A program made the translations under genes and the position numbers. Under the pieces are notes generated by a model. The model was not told the origin of the DNA, did not search any database, and saw nothing but the letters and a program-made list of their open reading frames with translations. Shown here piece after piece: positions 1 through 9,276 of a DNA stretch of 64,000 nt. Numbering within the stretch: the first letter of the stretch is position 1; every line of letters starts with the position of its first letter. Origin of the DNA: Gemmatimonadota bacterium (GTDB taxonomy: Bacteria; Gemmatimonadota; Gemmatimonadetes; Palauibacterales; Palauibacteraceae); the NCBI GenBank assembly GCA_039714435.1, contig JBDLJJ010000001.1, positions 3,717-67,716 of the forward strand. Direction: 5' to 3'.

Positions 1-1351
1 GCGGGACCTGAGAAAACAGCCCGAACGACGGCTGTGCCTTCATGAAAGGACGCAACGGGGCTTCCATCTCGCGCATCTTCAGATCCCACTGATGCTGAAC
101 AGCGCGAGCAGCAAGCTCCGGAGGTAGCCGCCCGGCGATCCCGCTCGCGGTTCGCTGCTGCTGGGCAGCAGTAACCGTTACTGGCCGCTGAATTGACGTC
201 AGCGGTAGTCGGCCGTTGGCCTCCAGATTCACGCCCGTGAACACGAACCCGTCCGGCTCCACAGAGGCGATCACTTCGTATTCCGCTTCGGATGCCAGAT
301 GGTCGGGTAGATATACACAGCCGACAGCCGCCGGCCCGCTCAGCAGCACGTGCTCGCCCGGCGTCAGCGACAGCTCGCTGGCCGGCTTGATCTGCTGGTT
401 GACCGTCTGGTTGTCGGGCCCCACGATCACCTGCACGGAAGCCGCGCGTCGTGGCAGACACAGACCCAGCAGGTCCGGGAGCGTGATGGTGAGCTGCGTA
501 TCGCTCGCCGTATTCACCACGGCCGCCACTCCGTCCACAAGAACGGTGTTATTTGCCGGCATCGAGCTGAAACCGGTTCCGCTGATAGTCGCCGACCCAC
601 CCTGCGTCATCGTGTCCGGCGTGATTCCCGTAACGCCAAACAGGTCCTCGGCGCCGCCAGATGCCGTGGCCGAGAACGGGACGGAAACGCTTCCCGCCGT
701 GGCCGTCACCTCGTAGGTCCCGTTCTTGTCGCCCAGGGTCAGCAGCGTGGATGCCTGTCCCTGCGCGTCAGTCGAGGCCGACATGGCGCTGACGGATGGA
801 GAACCCGCCGAGCCGCGCGTGATCGCGAAGTCGACCGTCGCTCCGGCCAGATCGTTGCCGAACTGGTCGACGACCGTTACCAGGAACGGGCTGGCCAGCT
901 GCATGCCCACCATGCCGGACTGCATATCTCCGGACGCGGCCTGGATAGACGTCGGCACGGGCGTCTCCGCCGTAGCTAAGAAGGTCGCCGTAGCGCCGGT
1001 AATGGCAGCCTGCACGGTATAGGCGCCGGCGGCCGAGCCCAGTGTGAGATCGACCGAAGTCGTACCGTCCGGCCCGGTGGTGCTGCTGGCCGCGCTGAGC
1101 GATGCGCCCGCGCCCGATGTGATCGTCCACGTCACGGATACGCCGTTGGCCGGATTTCCGGTGGAGGTGCTCACAAGGGCCACCAGCGAAGGTAGAGAAG
1201 CGCCTGGAGCCGCGACCTGGTTGTTGCCGCCCGACACCGCGATAGTGTTGGCGCCTCCGCCCGGAGGCGGGGGCTGCATCGGACCGCCTCCGCAGCCGCT
1301 AATATAGAGGGCTCCCGAGAGGGCGATCAGACCGGCGCGCAGTGTCTTCAT
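1..1351 (-). CDS. Lipoprotein with tandem bacterial Ig-like (Big_1 / invasin-intimin type) repeats; the 3' end runs off the window start.
   Basis: Reverse-complement translation from the ATG at 1351 gives MKTLRAGLIALSGALYISGCGG, a signal peptide with a lipobox. This is followed by a Pro/Gly linker and repeated units of the form VxFxVTSG..LSA.S.TTD..G.A.V.LT.G...G.Y.V.A. The frame has no stop down to position 1, which fits its absence from the complete-ORF track. Confidence 0.55.
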   Translation of the reverse strand, partial: MKTLRAGLIALSGALYISGCGGGPMQPPPPGGGANTIAVSGGNNQVAAPGASLPSLVALVSTSTGNPANGVSVTWTITSGAGASLSAASSTTGPDGTTSVDLTLGSAAGAYTVQAAITGATATFLATAETPVPTSIQAASGDMQSGMVGMQLASPFLVTVVDQFGNDLAGATVDFAITRGSAGSPSVSAMSASTDAQGQASTLLTLGDKNGTYEVTATAGSVSVPFSATASGGAEDLFGVTGITPDTMTQGGSATISGTGFSSMPANNTVLVDGVAAVVNTASDTQLTITLPDLLGLCLPRRAASVQVIVGPDNQTVNQQIKPASELSLTPGEHVLLSGPAAVGCVYLPDHLASEAEYEVIASVEPDGFVFTGVNLEANGRLPLTSIQRPVTVTAAQQQRTASGIAGRLPPELAARAVQHQWDLKMREMEAPLRPFMKAQPSFGLFSQVP

Positions 1352-1498
1352 GTGCGGTTTCCGTGGCTTTCGGTTCGTAGTTCCGCAGCCAATCGGGTGG
1401 CCTTCGCTTCGCACCTGACGGCATGCCCCGGCTGCGATTCTGCATTCTCAACCCGCCAAAGGCGGGCAAGTTCAGTGCCAATACCCTGTCCTGGCGGC

Positions 1499-2860
1499 TC
1501 AGCCCATCATCACACTCGCCAGGCCGAGGAGAAGGAGTAATCCGAGCACGTCCGTCAACGTGGTGACGAAAGGAGAAGACGCCACGGCCGGGTCGACGTC
1601 CATGCTTTCCAGCATGATCGGAATAAAGGCCCCCAGGAAGGACGCTATGATCAGGCTTCCCCACATGGCGAAAAGCACCACCAGCCCGAACTGAACCCCC
1701 GAAACCTGCGGCAGCAGAAAGCCGAGGAGAGCAGCCGCGACGCCCACAACCAGGCCGTTGACGAACCCGACGGTCAACTCTTTACTGAGTACCTGCAGGC
1801 GCTCCGAAAGTGTCTCATTGGAGAGCGCTATACGACGAATGGTAACAGCGAGAGTCTGAGTCCCCGCGTTGCCTCCCACGCCCGCGATGACGGGAATTGC
1901 CGCCGCCAGAATGACGAATTTCTGGATCGTGGCCTCGAAAGCCACGACTACGGAGGCGGCCAGGGCCGCCGTGACGAGGCTGGTCAGGAGCCAGGGCAGA
2001 CGGCTCCGTATCGCATCGGTGGTGGAGCCGCGAAGCTCTTCTTCTTCCGATACAGCCGCAAAGCGCAGGATATCCTCGGTCGTCTCGGCCTCCAGCACAT
2101 CGATCACATCGTCGAACGTGACCCGGCCCACCAGCCTTCCTGACGAGTCCACCACCCCGATGGAAGCCAGATTGTACTTGGAGAGAATGCGGCCGACCTC
2201 TTCCTGATCGGTATCGACATGCACTACCGCGGGCGCTTCCTCCAGCAGCTCTGAGACGGGGGCGTCCGGATCACCGATCACCAGGTTCTGGAGTGATACG
2301 ACTCCGCTCAGGTGATGGCGGGCGTCTACCAGAAAGATCGTATAGAAATCGTCAGCCTCGCTGGCCTGGCGCCGAACCGCCTCGATCGCCTCACCCGTCG
2401 TCAGGTCGGCGGAAACCGCCACGATCTCACGGGTCATGATCCCGCCGGCCGTGTCTTCGGCGTAGTGCAGCAGGCGCTCGATATCGCTCGCTTCCGACTC
2501 CGACACTTGAGCCAGGATGCGGGCCTGCTCAGCCGGATCCAGCTCTCCGATCAAGTCGGCGGCATCGTCATCCGCCATGTCCTCGACGATCTCGCCGATG
2601 CGCTCCGGATCCAGCTGGGCCAGCAGCTCGGCGGGATGCTCTGCCTCATCGACTTCGGGCAGCACGTCAGCCGCCACGTCGGCCGGAAGCAGCTCCAGAA
2701 ACGCTACGCGCCGCTCCTCGTCTAGATCCTCGAGCAGTTCGGCGACGTCACTCGGATGGAGCCCTTCCAGAAGCTCACGCAGTTCGTCCAGCGGGCCTGA
2801 CTCCAGCAGCCCCCGCACCCTGTCCTGTATTTCGAACAGGCGGTCAGCCGAGTCGCTCAC
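1499..2860 (-). CDS. mgtE: Magnesium transporter MgtE.
   Basis: 453 aa. It has an acidic MgtE_N region, two CBS-like segments, and a C-terminal 5-TM MgtE channel domain (VGGNAGTQTLAVTIRRIAL...). It overlaps the upstream DUF502 gene by 4 nt. Confidence 0.9.
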   Translation of the reverse strand: MSDSADRLFEIQDRVRGLLESGPLDELRELLEGLHPSDVAELLEDLDEERRVAFLELLPADVAADVLPEVDEAEHPAELLAQLDPERIGEIVEDMADDDAADLIGELDPAEQARILAQVSESEASDIERLLHYAEDTAGGIMTREIVAVSADLTTGEAIEAVRRQASEADDFYTIFLVDARHHLSGVVSLQNLVIGDPDAPVSELLEEAPAVVHVDTDQEEVGRILSKYNLASIGVVDSSGRLVGRVTFDDVIDVLEAETTEDILRFAAVSEEEELRGSTTDAIRSRLPWLLTSLVTAALAASVVVAFEATIQKFVILAAAIPVIAGVGGNAGTQTLAVTIRRIALSNETLSERLQVLSKELTVGFVNGLVVGVAAALLGFLLPQVSGVQFGLVVLFAMWGSLIIASFLGAFIPIMLESMDVDPAVASSPFVTTLTDVLGLLLLLGLASVMMG

Positions 2861-3477
2861 GCCGATTCCTCATCGTCCTGGCCGGGAACCGCCACGCCGA
2901 CCGACAGCACCATCTTCACTCCCTCTTCGACGCTCATCTCCAGACGCTGAACGTCGGCGCGCGGCACGAACAGCAGATAGCCCGACGTCGGATTGGGCGC
3001 GGTAGGCAGAAACACGCCTATGGTCGGAGAGCCGACGAACTGCTCAACTTCGTCAGGCGCATGGGCTGTCTCGAACACGAGCGCAAACGAGCCGGCCTTG
3101 GGATACTCGATCAAGCCCACGGCGCGGAACAATTTTTCGTCCCGGTCGAGCACGGCGCGAACTATCTGGGAGGAGCCGCTGTGGATCTTGCTGGCGAACG
3201 GGACTCGGTCCAGCACGGAGTTCCAGGCCCACAGCGCCCGGCGGCCAAGTGTTTTCTGTGATATCCAGCCCACACTGACCACGATCGTCAGCAGAACAAC
3301 GAGCCCCAGCCCAGGGAATGTGCGGCCCGTCAGAATAGCCAGGTACCTGCCCAGAATCGGATCCAGCTGCTCGAACAGCCAGACCAGAATGCCGGCCGTC
3401 ACGCCGATGGGAGCGATCACGATGAGCCCGGTAATCAGATACCGGCGCAGGCGCTGCATCAGCTTGGAACGAGTCAT
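2857..3477 (-). CDS. DUF502 (COG2928) family membrane protein.
   Basis: 206 aa. The N-terminus MTRSKLMQRLRRYLITGLIVIAPIGVTAGILVWLF is typical of DUF502. It has two TM helices and a conserved FxxPxxxxGYL-type core. Confidence 0.8.
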   Translation of the reverse strand: MTRSKLMQRLRRYLITGLIVIAPIGVTAGILVWLFEQLDPILGRYLAILTGRTFPGLGLVVLLTIVVSVGWISQKTLGRRALWAWNSVLDRVPFASKIHSGSSQIVRAVLDRDEKLFRAVGLIEYPKAGSFALVFETAHAPDEVEQFVGSPTIGVFLPTAPNPTSGYLLFVPRADVQRLEMSVEEGVKMVLSVGVAVPGQDDEESA

Positions 3478-3486
3478 TCGTTCAGC

Positions 3487-3942
3487 CTAGCTGCGGCCGA
3501 GGCTCCTTAGCAACCGCTCCTGGAGGCGAAACATGTCCGATTCTTCGCGCCGTTCGTCCGGGTGGTCGAGCCCGAGAGCGTGTAGCGTTCCGTGGATCAC
3601 TACGCGCAGAGCTTCCTCTCGATGTGGTACGCCGTGAGCGATCGAGTTGCGGCGCACCTCCTCCGGGGACAGGTAAACATCGCCTATCAAGCCAGCGTCA
3701 TCACCGAGGGAAAAAGACAGGACGTCGGTCGGGTGGTCGCGGCCCAGGAAGCGGACATTCATCTCCTGGATCTCCGCCTCGGTGAGAAGGGTTATCGACA
3801 GTTCTCCCCCCAGGTCCGGAGCTACCGCCGCGAGGGCCACGCCAGCCGCCCGCTCGATTTCCTCTCGCCATTCACTCCAGTCGGGCCACTCGCCGATTCG
3901 GTTGAGGCTCACCTCGACCATTGGCCCTGGCTCGGGCGTCAT
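3487..3942 (-). CDS. ybeY: Endoribonuclease YbeY (16S rRNA maturation factor).
   Basis: 151 aa with the Zn-binding HGTLHALGLDH motif characteristic of the YbeY/UPF0054 family. Its position in a phoH-HD-ybeY operon supports the call. Confidence 0.9.
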   Translation of the reverse strand: MTPEPGPMVEVSLNRIGEWPDWSEWREEIERAAGVALAAVAPDLGGELSITLLTEAEIQEMNVRFLGRDHPTDVLSFSLGDDAGLIGDVYLSPEEVRRNSIAHGVPHREEALRVVIHGTLHALGLDHPDERREESDMFRLQERLLRSLGRS

Positions 3943-3947
3943 GCCAC

Positions 3948-6227
3948 TCAGGCGCTGACCTTTCCGTCCGTGACGGCTTCCCCGATCGGCTGACTGTCAC
4001 CAATCCCGTTGCCTGCTGTCACGCCGCCCGGATAATCGATACGGCGGTGGTAGAGTCCGGTGAGGATACGGTCGAACTGAACCTTCACTTTCTCCAGATC
4101 CGCCAGCGTGAGAGGACAGTCGTCCAGTTGCCGGGCCCGAATCCTCTCGTCCACGATGTGGTCGATCAGCTCCCGGATGCTCTCCGGGTTCGGGTCGCCG
4201 AGCACCCTCGAAGATGACTCCACTCCGTCGGCCAGCATCACGATCGCCGTCTCTCGACTCTGCGGCCTCGGACCCGCGTAGGCGAAGTCGCCGGGATCCA
4301 GATCTACCGCCCCTTCTTCGCGGGCCCTGTCGAGAAAGTATTCGATGGCCATCGTGCCATGGTGTTCCCTGATAAAGCACTGGATGGTCTGCGGCAGCCG
4401 GCGCTCGGACGCCAGCCGCACACCCTCACTGACGTGATCGCGGATGATCTCGGCGCTCCTGGCGGGCGGCAGCCGGTCGTGCGGATTTCGGCCGGAAGGT
4501 TGGTTCTCCACAAAGAAATGCGGCTGTACCATCTTTCCGATGTCATGATAGTAGGATCCGACCCGAGCCAGGACCGGATTCGCCCCGATTGCGACGCAGG
4601 CGGCCTCAGCCAGGTTAGCCACATTGATGGAGTGAGCGTGCGTGCCGGGAGCCTTCAGAGACAGGTCACGCAGAAGAGGCCCGTTGAGATCCGACAGCTC
4701 CAGCAGGGTCTGGTCCGTGGTCCGCCCGGTGAGGCGCTCCAGAAGCGGTAGAGCTGCGCCCATCGCCAGCGCCGTGCACAGGGTGGCGTTGATGCTGCCC
4801 CAGAGGAACGTCTGCCACACCGTGGACAGCGGAAGCGGACGAATGCCGGCGATGGCCGCTCCCGCCAGCAGGTAGGCAACAGAAATACCGGCGATCACGA
4901 ACCACCCCTGCGCGCGCCGCCGCATGCCGCGCGCGCCGATCGTAGCCGCGCCGCCGCCGGCGATCATGAGCAGCGCCACGTCGAGGCCGAAGAAGGCCAT
5001 CTGTCCGGCTACCAGCGCCGCCGCAAACATTACGACGACAAGAGCTACGAGGCCGTCGTACAGGATGCCGATGTTGAGAGCCAGGAAAGCGATCGGAATC
5101 AATGCCTGGCTGGCCGAGCCCGCCGCGATAAGGCTCGCCACTACGAGCACGAAGACGAGATGAGCCATCACGATCGTCACTGCCCGTACGTCGCGATACA
5201 TCTCGGGCCGGAAGAACAGCAGAACGAGCGCCACGCCACCGACCAGGAGCAGACCGTAAAGGACACTTCCGGCCAGCGCGGCCGCTCCGCCCGCTCCGCT
5301 GGCTATCCCGCGCTGGACGAGCTCGTTGTTGTAGGCCCGCAGGCGCTCCGCTTCGGGGCGCCCGACCCTCTCGTGCGCGGAGATAAGGCGTTCACCTTCG
5401 AGGAAGAACCCGGCCGTCGTATCCACCGCGGCCCTGGCTTCGGCGCGGGCCATTTCGGTGGCGCTGCCATCGTGAACAAGGCTCGGCTGCGCGAACCTTA
5501 CCAGCAGGTTCTGGTACAGCCTGAAGACATCCGCCCCGGCCGAACTGGGAGCCAGCGCCGCAGCGGCCTGGAAGAACTGCCCCACCGTTACGACCGAGTC
5601 ACGATCCACCATCAGATCGGCGTCGCGCGTCTTGACCACGATGCGGCTGGTCGTAAGCCCCTGCATGTCGAGCCCTGGCGCCACCCCGGAGGGGAGCATG
5701 GACTCGTACGCCGAAGTGAGCGCCTGCCTCAGTTCGGCGCTGCTGGCCTCATCGGCCAGGTAGGATAGCTGCGCCGCCGTCGTTCCCATTCCGAGAGACC
5801 TGAGGTAGCGCTGGATTCCGGCTGAATCCTGATCGCCCGCGGCGGCGGCCGCTTCGCTCAGCGAGGCGAAAAAATCGTCCGTGCGGGCCACCGCGGTATC
5901 CACCGCGGCCGTGTCGAGCACGAAAACGGGCGGTACGCTGTGCGCCGCCTCGTCTCGCTCCACTTTCAGCCTGCCGGGAGACTTGGGAACTACGAAATCG
6001 AACGAGGCGATCACATCTTCCGCTGCGACCATTCCTTCCTGCAGAGCTACCGCATCCGGAACCGGAACGCGCGGAAACAGCATCGGCATTAGCAGCGCGA
6101 CCCCGACGACCAGGAGTATGCGATAGCCGTGATGGATCACACGAGCCGGCACCGAGTCACCCGGAGACCTGCTCAAGGCCCGAAACGCCTGGCGCACAGC
6201 GGCCAGCGCCGACTCCACTCTTCCCAC
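3948..6227 (-). CDS. 7TM receptor with intracellular HD/HDIG phosphohydrolase (PgpH/YqfF-like).
   Basis: 759 aa. It has an N-terminal extracytoplasmic region, a 7-TM block, and a C-terminal HD domain with the YYHDIGKM HDIG signature. It sits between phoH and ybeY, as in the Firmicutes yqfF locus. Confidence 0.8.
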   Translation of the reverse strand: MGRVESALAAVRQAFRALSRSPGDSVPARVIHHGYRILLVVGVALLMPMLFPRVPVPDAVALQEGMVAAEDVIASFDFVVPKSPGRLKVERDEAAHSVPPVFVLDTAAVDTAVARTDDFFASLSEAAAAAGDQDSAGIQRYLRSLGMGTTAAQLSYLADEASSAELRQALTSAYESMLPSGVAPGLDMQGLTTSRIVVKTRDADLMVDRDSVVTVGQFFQAAAALAPSSAGADVFRLYQNLLVRFAQPSLVHDGSATEMARAEARAAVDTTAGFFLEGERLISAHERVGRPEAERLRAYNNELVQRGIASGAGGAAALAGSVLYGLLLVGGVALVLLFFRPEMYRDVRAVTIVMAHLVFVLVVASLIAAGSASQALIPIAFLALNIGILYDGLVALVVVMFAAALVAGQMAFFGLDVALLMIAGGGAATIGARGMRRRAQGWFVIAGISVAYLLAGAAIAGIRPLPLSTVWQTFLWGSINATLCTALAMGAALPLLERLTGRTTDQTLLELSDLNGPLLRDLSLKAPGTHAHSINVANLAEAACVAIGANPVLARVGSYYHDIGKMVQPHFFVENQPSGRNPHDRLPPARSAEIIRDHVSEGVRLASERRLPQTIQCFIREHHGTMAIEYFLDRAREEGAVDLDPGDFAYAGPRPQSRETAIVMLADGVESSSRVLGDPNPESIRELIDHIVDERIRARQLDDCPLTLADLEKVKVQFDRILTGLYHRRIDYPGGVTAGNGIGDSQPIGEAVTDGKVSA

Positions 6228-7249
6228 TACCCTTCGTCTCCGTGTTCGGCGTAGGCCCGGATGATGTCCTTGACGAGACGGTGGCGAACCACGTCGTGCT
6301 CGCTCAGGTACACAAATTCGATGCCTTCAACGGCCGGAAGGATGCCCTCGATCTCCAGCAGGCCGGAATCCTCCGGACGCGGCAGGTCGATCTGCGTCTT
6401 GTCGCCGGTGATAACCGTGCGGGAATTCGTGCCGAGCCTGGTCAGGAACATCTTCATCTGCGCCGTGGTGGCGTTCTGCGCCTCATCCAGGATCAGGAAC
6501 GCGTCTGACAGGGTCCGGCCTCTCATGTAGGCCAGGGGCGCTATCTCGATCGTGTTGTCGTCGATCGCCCGCTGCAGCCGGTCTGCCGGGAGCATGTCCT
6601 GGAGAGCATCGTACAGGGGACGAAGATACGGATCGACCTTTTCCCGTATGTCTCCGGGAAGGAATCCCAGGGCCTCACCAGCTTCGACAGCCGGCCGGGT
6701 CAAAATGATCCGGCTGACCCGTTTCCGGACGAGAGAGTCCAGCGCCATCGCGACTCCGAGGTACGTCTTCCCCGTGCCGGCCGGGCCGATTCCAACCGCA
6801 ATGTCATTGTCCCGAATGGCCTTCAAATACAGGCCCTGCCCGGCCGACCGAGGCCGAATCGATCGCCGTGCGCCCGGCAGCGTGACCGCCACCTCTTCGT
6901 CCGCCGCTTCGGCGGAGGTGGACTCGCCGCCTTCGGCCGCGCCCGCGCCGTCCTCGGATTGTGCCTCCGCCAGAAAGCGCTCCACATCTCCCGGGCCGAA
7001 CGGCCGCTCCAGGCGGGCGAGCTTGATCATGCGCTGCGCCACCGGCGTGCAGCGTTCGACCGACTCGGGCGAGCCCGACAGAATGAGGTGATCGCGCCTC
7101 ATGATGACGCGGCAGTCGCCCAGCTTGGCCAGCGCCTTGAGATTGACGTCGTTCACGCCCGCTAGCATAAGCTCGTCGGCTCCCTCACTGGGCAGACTGT
7201 GCTGGACCGCCGTTGTTTCCTGTGTCTGGCCGGTTGCCTTGCCGCTCAT
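6227..7249 (-). CDS. phoH: PhoH-like ATPase (PhoH/YbeZ).
   Basis: 340 aa with a Walker A motif [16 protein letters not shown] and a PhoH C-terminal region. It has a 1-nt overlap with the HD gene. Confidence 0.9.
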   Translation of the reverse strand: MSGKATGQTQETTAVQHSLPSEGADELMLAGVNDVNLKALAKLGDCRVIMRRDHLILSGSPESVERCTPVAQRMIKLARLERPFGPGDVERFLAEAQSEDGAGAAEGGESTSAEAADEEVAVTLPGARRSIRPRSAGQGLYLKAIRDNDIAVGIGPAGTGKTYLGVAMALDSLVRKRVSRIILTRPAVEAGEALGFLPGDIREKVDPYLRPLYDALQDMLPADRLQRAIDDNTIEIAPLAYMRGRTLSDAFLILDEAQNATTAQMKMFLTRLGTNSRTVITGDKTQIDLPRPEDSGLLEIEGILPAVEGIEFVYLSEHDVVRHRLVKDIIRAYAEHGDEG

Positions 7250-9117
7250 TCGGCCTGCCTGAGCCGAAGCCCGAGCTCGGCCAGGCCCGCATCGTCGACC
7301 GGCGACGGGGAGCCCTCCATGAGCCCGCGGGCAGCCGATGTCTTGGGGAAGGCGATCACCTCCCGAATCGAGTCGGCCCCGACGAGAAGAGTGACCAGGC
7401 GATCCAGCCCCATACCGAATCCGCCATGGGGCGGCACTCCGTGCTGAAAGGAATCCAGCAGGAATCCGAAGCGCTCCTGAATCTGCTCTTCAGACATTCC
7501 GAGAGTTCTGAAAATCGTCGTCTGAAGCTCAGGGTCATGACAGCGAATGCTCCCGCTCACCAACTCCACGCCGTTGACGACGAGGTCGTAGGCGTGCGAC
7601 AGGTTCTCGTATGGCTCCTCCGAGATTCGACTCGGGGTCGGGTCCAGTGGCATACAGAAGGGGTTGTGGCTGTAGGTGGGCAGACCCGTTTCGGGATCCG
7701 GTTCGAATAGCGGAAATCTGGTGATCCAGGCGCACTCGAAGCCCTCAGCTACCGCGCCGAGCAGCTGGGCCGCGTGCCGCCGCAGAACGTCCAGGGCCGG
7801 GCCCGTCTCGGAGTCCGGACCCGCTACGAGGAAGAGAAGATCCCCTTCGTCCACCCCGTGCTCATTCCGCAGCTTCTCGCCCAGTGCTTCATCGACGAAC
7901 TTGGCCGGAGCTCCAGACCAGGCATCTGGATTCCGCTTCAGCCACATGGCGCCCTTGGCTCCCGCGGACTGCGCCATCTCGTTCGCCTCGTCCAGCTGGC
8001 GCCTCGACAGAGCTGCTCCTCCGGGTATTCGCAGACCCCGAATTCGTCCGCCCGACGCGCTCGCCGATTCGAAAATTCCGAAGCCGATGCCGGTCAGACA
8101 GTCTGTCAGGTCCTGGATTCGCCACGAAATGCGCAGGTCGGGTTTGTCGGACCCGAAGAACTCCATGGCGTTGGCGTAGGTCAGGCGCCGGAAGGGCAGA
8201 TCCAGCTCGACCTGCACGGTCTCCCGAAACACGCGATCCAGCATCTTCTCACACACAGCGAACACGTCCTGTTCCTCGACGAAGGACATTTCGAGGTCGA
8301 TCTGAGTGTGCTCCGGTTGCCGGTCGGCACGCAGATCTTCGTCCCGTAGGCAGCGCGCCAGCTGGTAATACCGATCGAAACCGGCCGCCATCAAGAGCTG
8401 CTTGTAAATCTGCGGAGACTGGGGCAGCGCGTAGAACTCGCCCGGGTGGACACGGCTCGGGACCAGATAGTCGCGGGCTCCCTCAGGCGTTCGGCGAGTC
8501 AGAAACGGCGTCTCAACCTCCAGGAACCCCTCTTCGTTGAGGGCGGCCCGGGCGGCGGTGACGGCGCGGTGGCGGATCTCGAAGTTGCGCAGCATGTCCG
8601 GCCGGCGAAGGTCCAGAACCCTGTGGCGCAGCCGCAGCTCCTCGGAGGGAAGCTCCTCCTCCGGGGGTACGGCTACCAGTATGGGCAGCGGAGCGGCCCG
8701 CGACAGCAGCTCCAGAGACTCCACCTGGATTTCCACGGCTCCGGTACTCATGTCGGTGTTGACCATCTCGGGCGGACGCGCACGCACGACACCGCTCACG
8801 ACGACGACGTCTTCGGGCCCTAGTTTGCCCGCCAGGGCCAGTGCTTGCTCGTTCGTCCAATCGGGCCGAAACGAGAGCTGCACCAGGCCGGCCCGGTCTC
8901 TCAGATCGATGAAGAAAAGGCCACCCAGATCGCGTCTGCGATGAACCCAGCCCGCGACTCGAACGGTGCGGTCGGTCCAAGAAGCGTCGAGATCTCCACA
9001 CGGCGAGTCGCGCAGGGCGGTCGCCAGTGAAGTCGCAGCGCTGGGCGCGGCTGGAGAAACGGTTTCAGTCAAAGTGGATTGATCCTCCTGGAGCGCACGG
9101 TCTGCCATGCCTGACAA
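7246..9117 (-). CDS. aspS: Aspartate--tRNA ligase.
   Basis: 623 aa with an anticodon-binding OB fold ([26 protein letters not shown]) and the class II motifs [11 protein letters not shown] and [11 protein letters not shown]. It carries an N-terminal extension of about 35 aa relative to typical AspRS, with no nearer canonical start codon. Confidence 0.9.
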   Translation of the reverse strand: MSGMADRALQEDQSTLTETVSPAAPSAATSLATALRDSPCGDLDASWTDRTVRVAGWVHRRRDLGGLFFIDLRDRAGLVQLSFRPDWTNEQALALAGKLGPEDVVVVSGVVRARPPEMVNTDMSTGAVEIQVESLELLSRAAPLPILVAVPPEEELPSEELRLRHRVLDLRRPDMLRNFEIRHRAVTAARAALNEEGFLEVETPFLTRRTPEGARDYLVPSRVHPGEFYALPQSPQIYKQLLMAAGFDRYYQLARCLRDEDLRADRQPEHTQIDLEMSFVEEQDVFAVCEKMLDRVFRETVQVELDLPFRRLTYANAMEFFGSDKPDLRISWRIQDLTDCLTGIGFGIFESASASGGRIRGLRIPGGAALSRRQLDEANEMAQSAGAKGAMWLKRNPDAWSGAPAKFVDEALGEKLRNEHGVDEGDLLFLVAGPDSETGPALDVLRRHAAQLLGAVAEGFECAWITRFPLFEPDPETGLPTYSHNPFCMPLDPTPSRISEEPYENLSHAYDLVVNGVELVSGSIRCHDPELQTTIFRTLGMSEEQIQERFGFLLDSFQHGVPPHGGFGMGLDRLVTLLVGADSIREVIAFPKTSAARGLMEGSPSPVDDAGLAELGLRLRQAE

Positions 9118-9153
9118 GTGGGGTGATCTGGATCCCGTGCGTGGTGCATTATC

Positions 9154-9167
9154 GGCCGCCCAAGATA
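9154..9167. repeat. Exact 14-mer GGCCGCCCAAGATA, copy 1, in the aspS/rlmN divergent promoter region.
   Basis: The identical 14-mer recurs at 19365-19378, upstream of the S8 peptidase gene. Both copies lie 25-60 bp upstream of minus-strand gene starts. Confidence 0.5.
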
Positions 9168-9276
9168 CCCCGGCCCTTGCGGGCCAGCAAGCAACACGGC
9201 AGCGTTCGAGCCCTAGTTTCCGGGTATATTCTCCGTTCGCGGCGGGCCGTTTGTGGCCGCCCGCTCAAAGGGCCAT

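Noticed and set aside
216-1130. Plus-strand ORFs 216-716, 350-979 and 726-1022, and minus-strand ORF 768-1130, at the window start.
   Set aside because: All overlap the Big_1 lipoprotein gene in other frames and have biased Ala/Arg/Pro composition.
1352-1498. A possible Mg2+ riboswitch (M-box) or other leader controlling mgtE.
   Set aside because: mgtE is translationally coupled to the upstream DUF502 gene with a 4-nt overlap and has no 5' leader. The 1352-1498 spacer lies downstream of mgtE on the minus strand and shows only a short hairpin.
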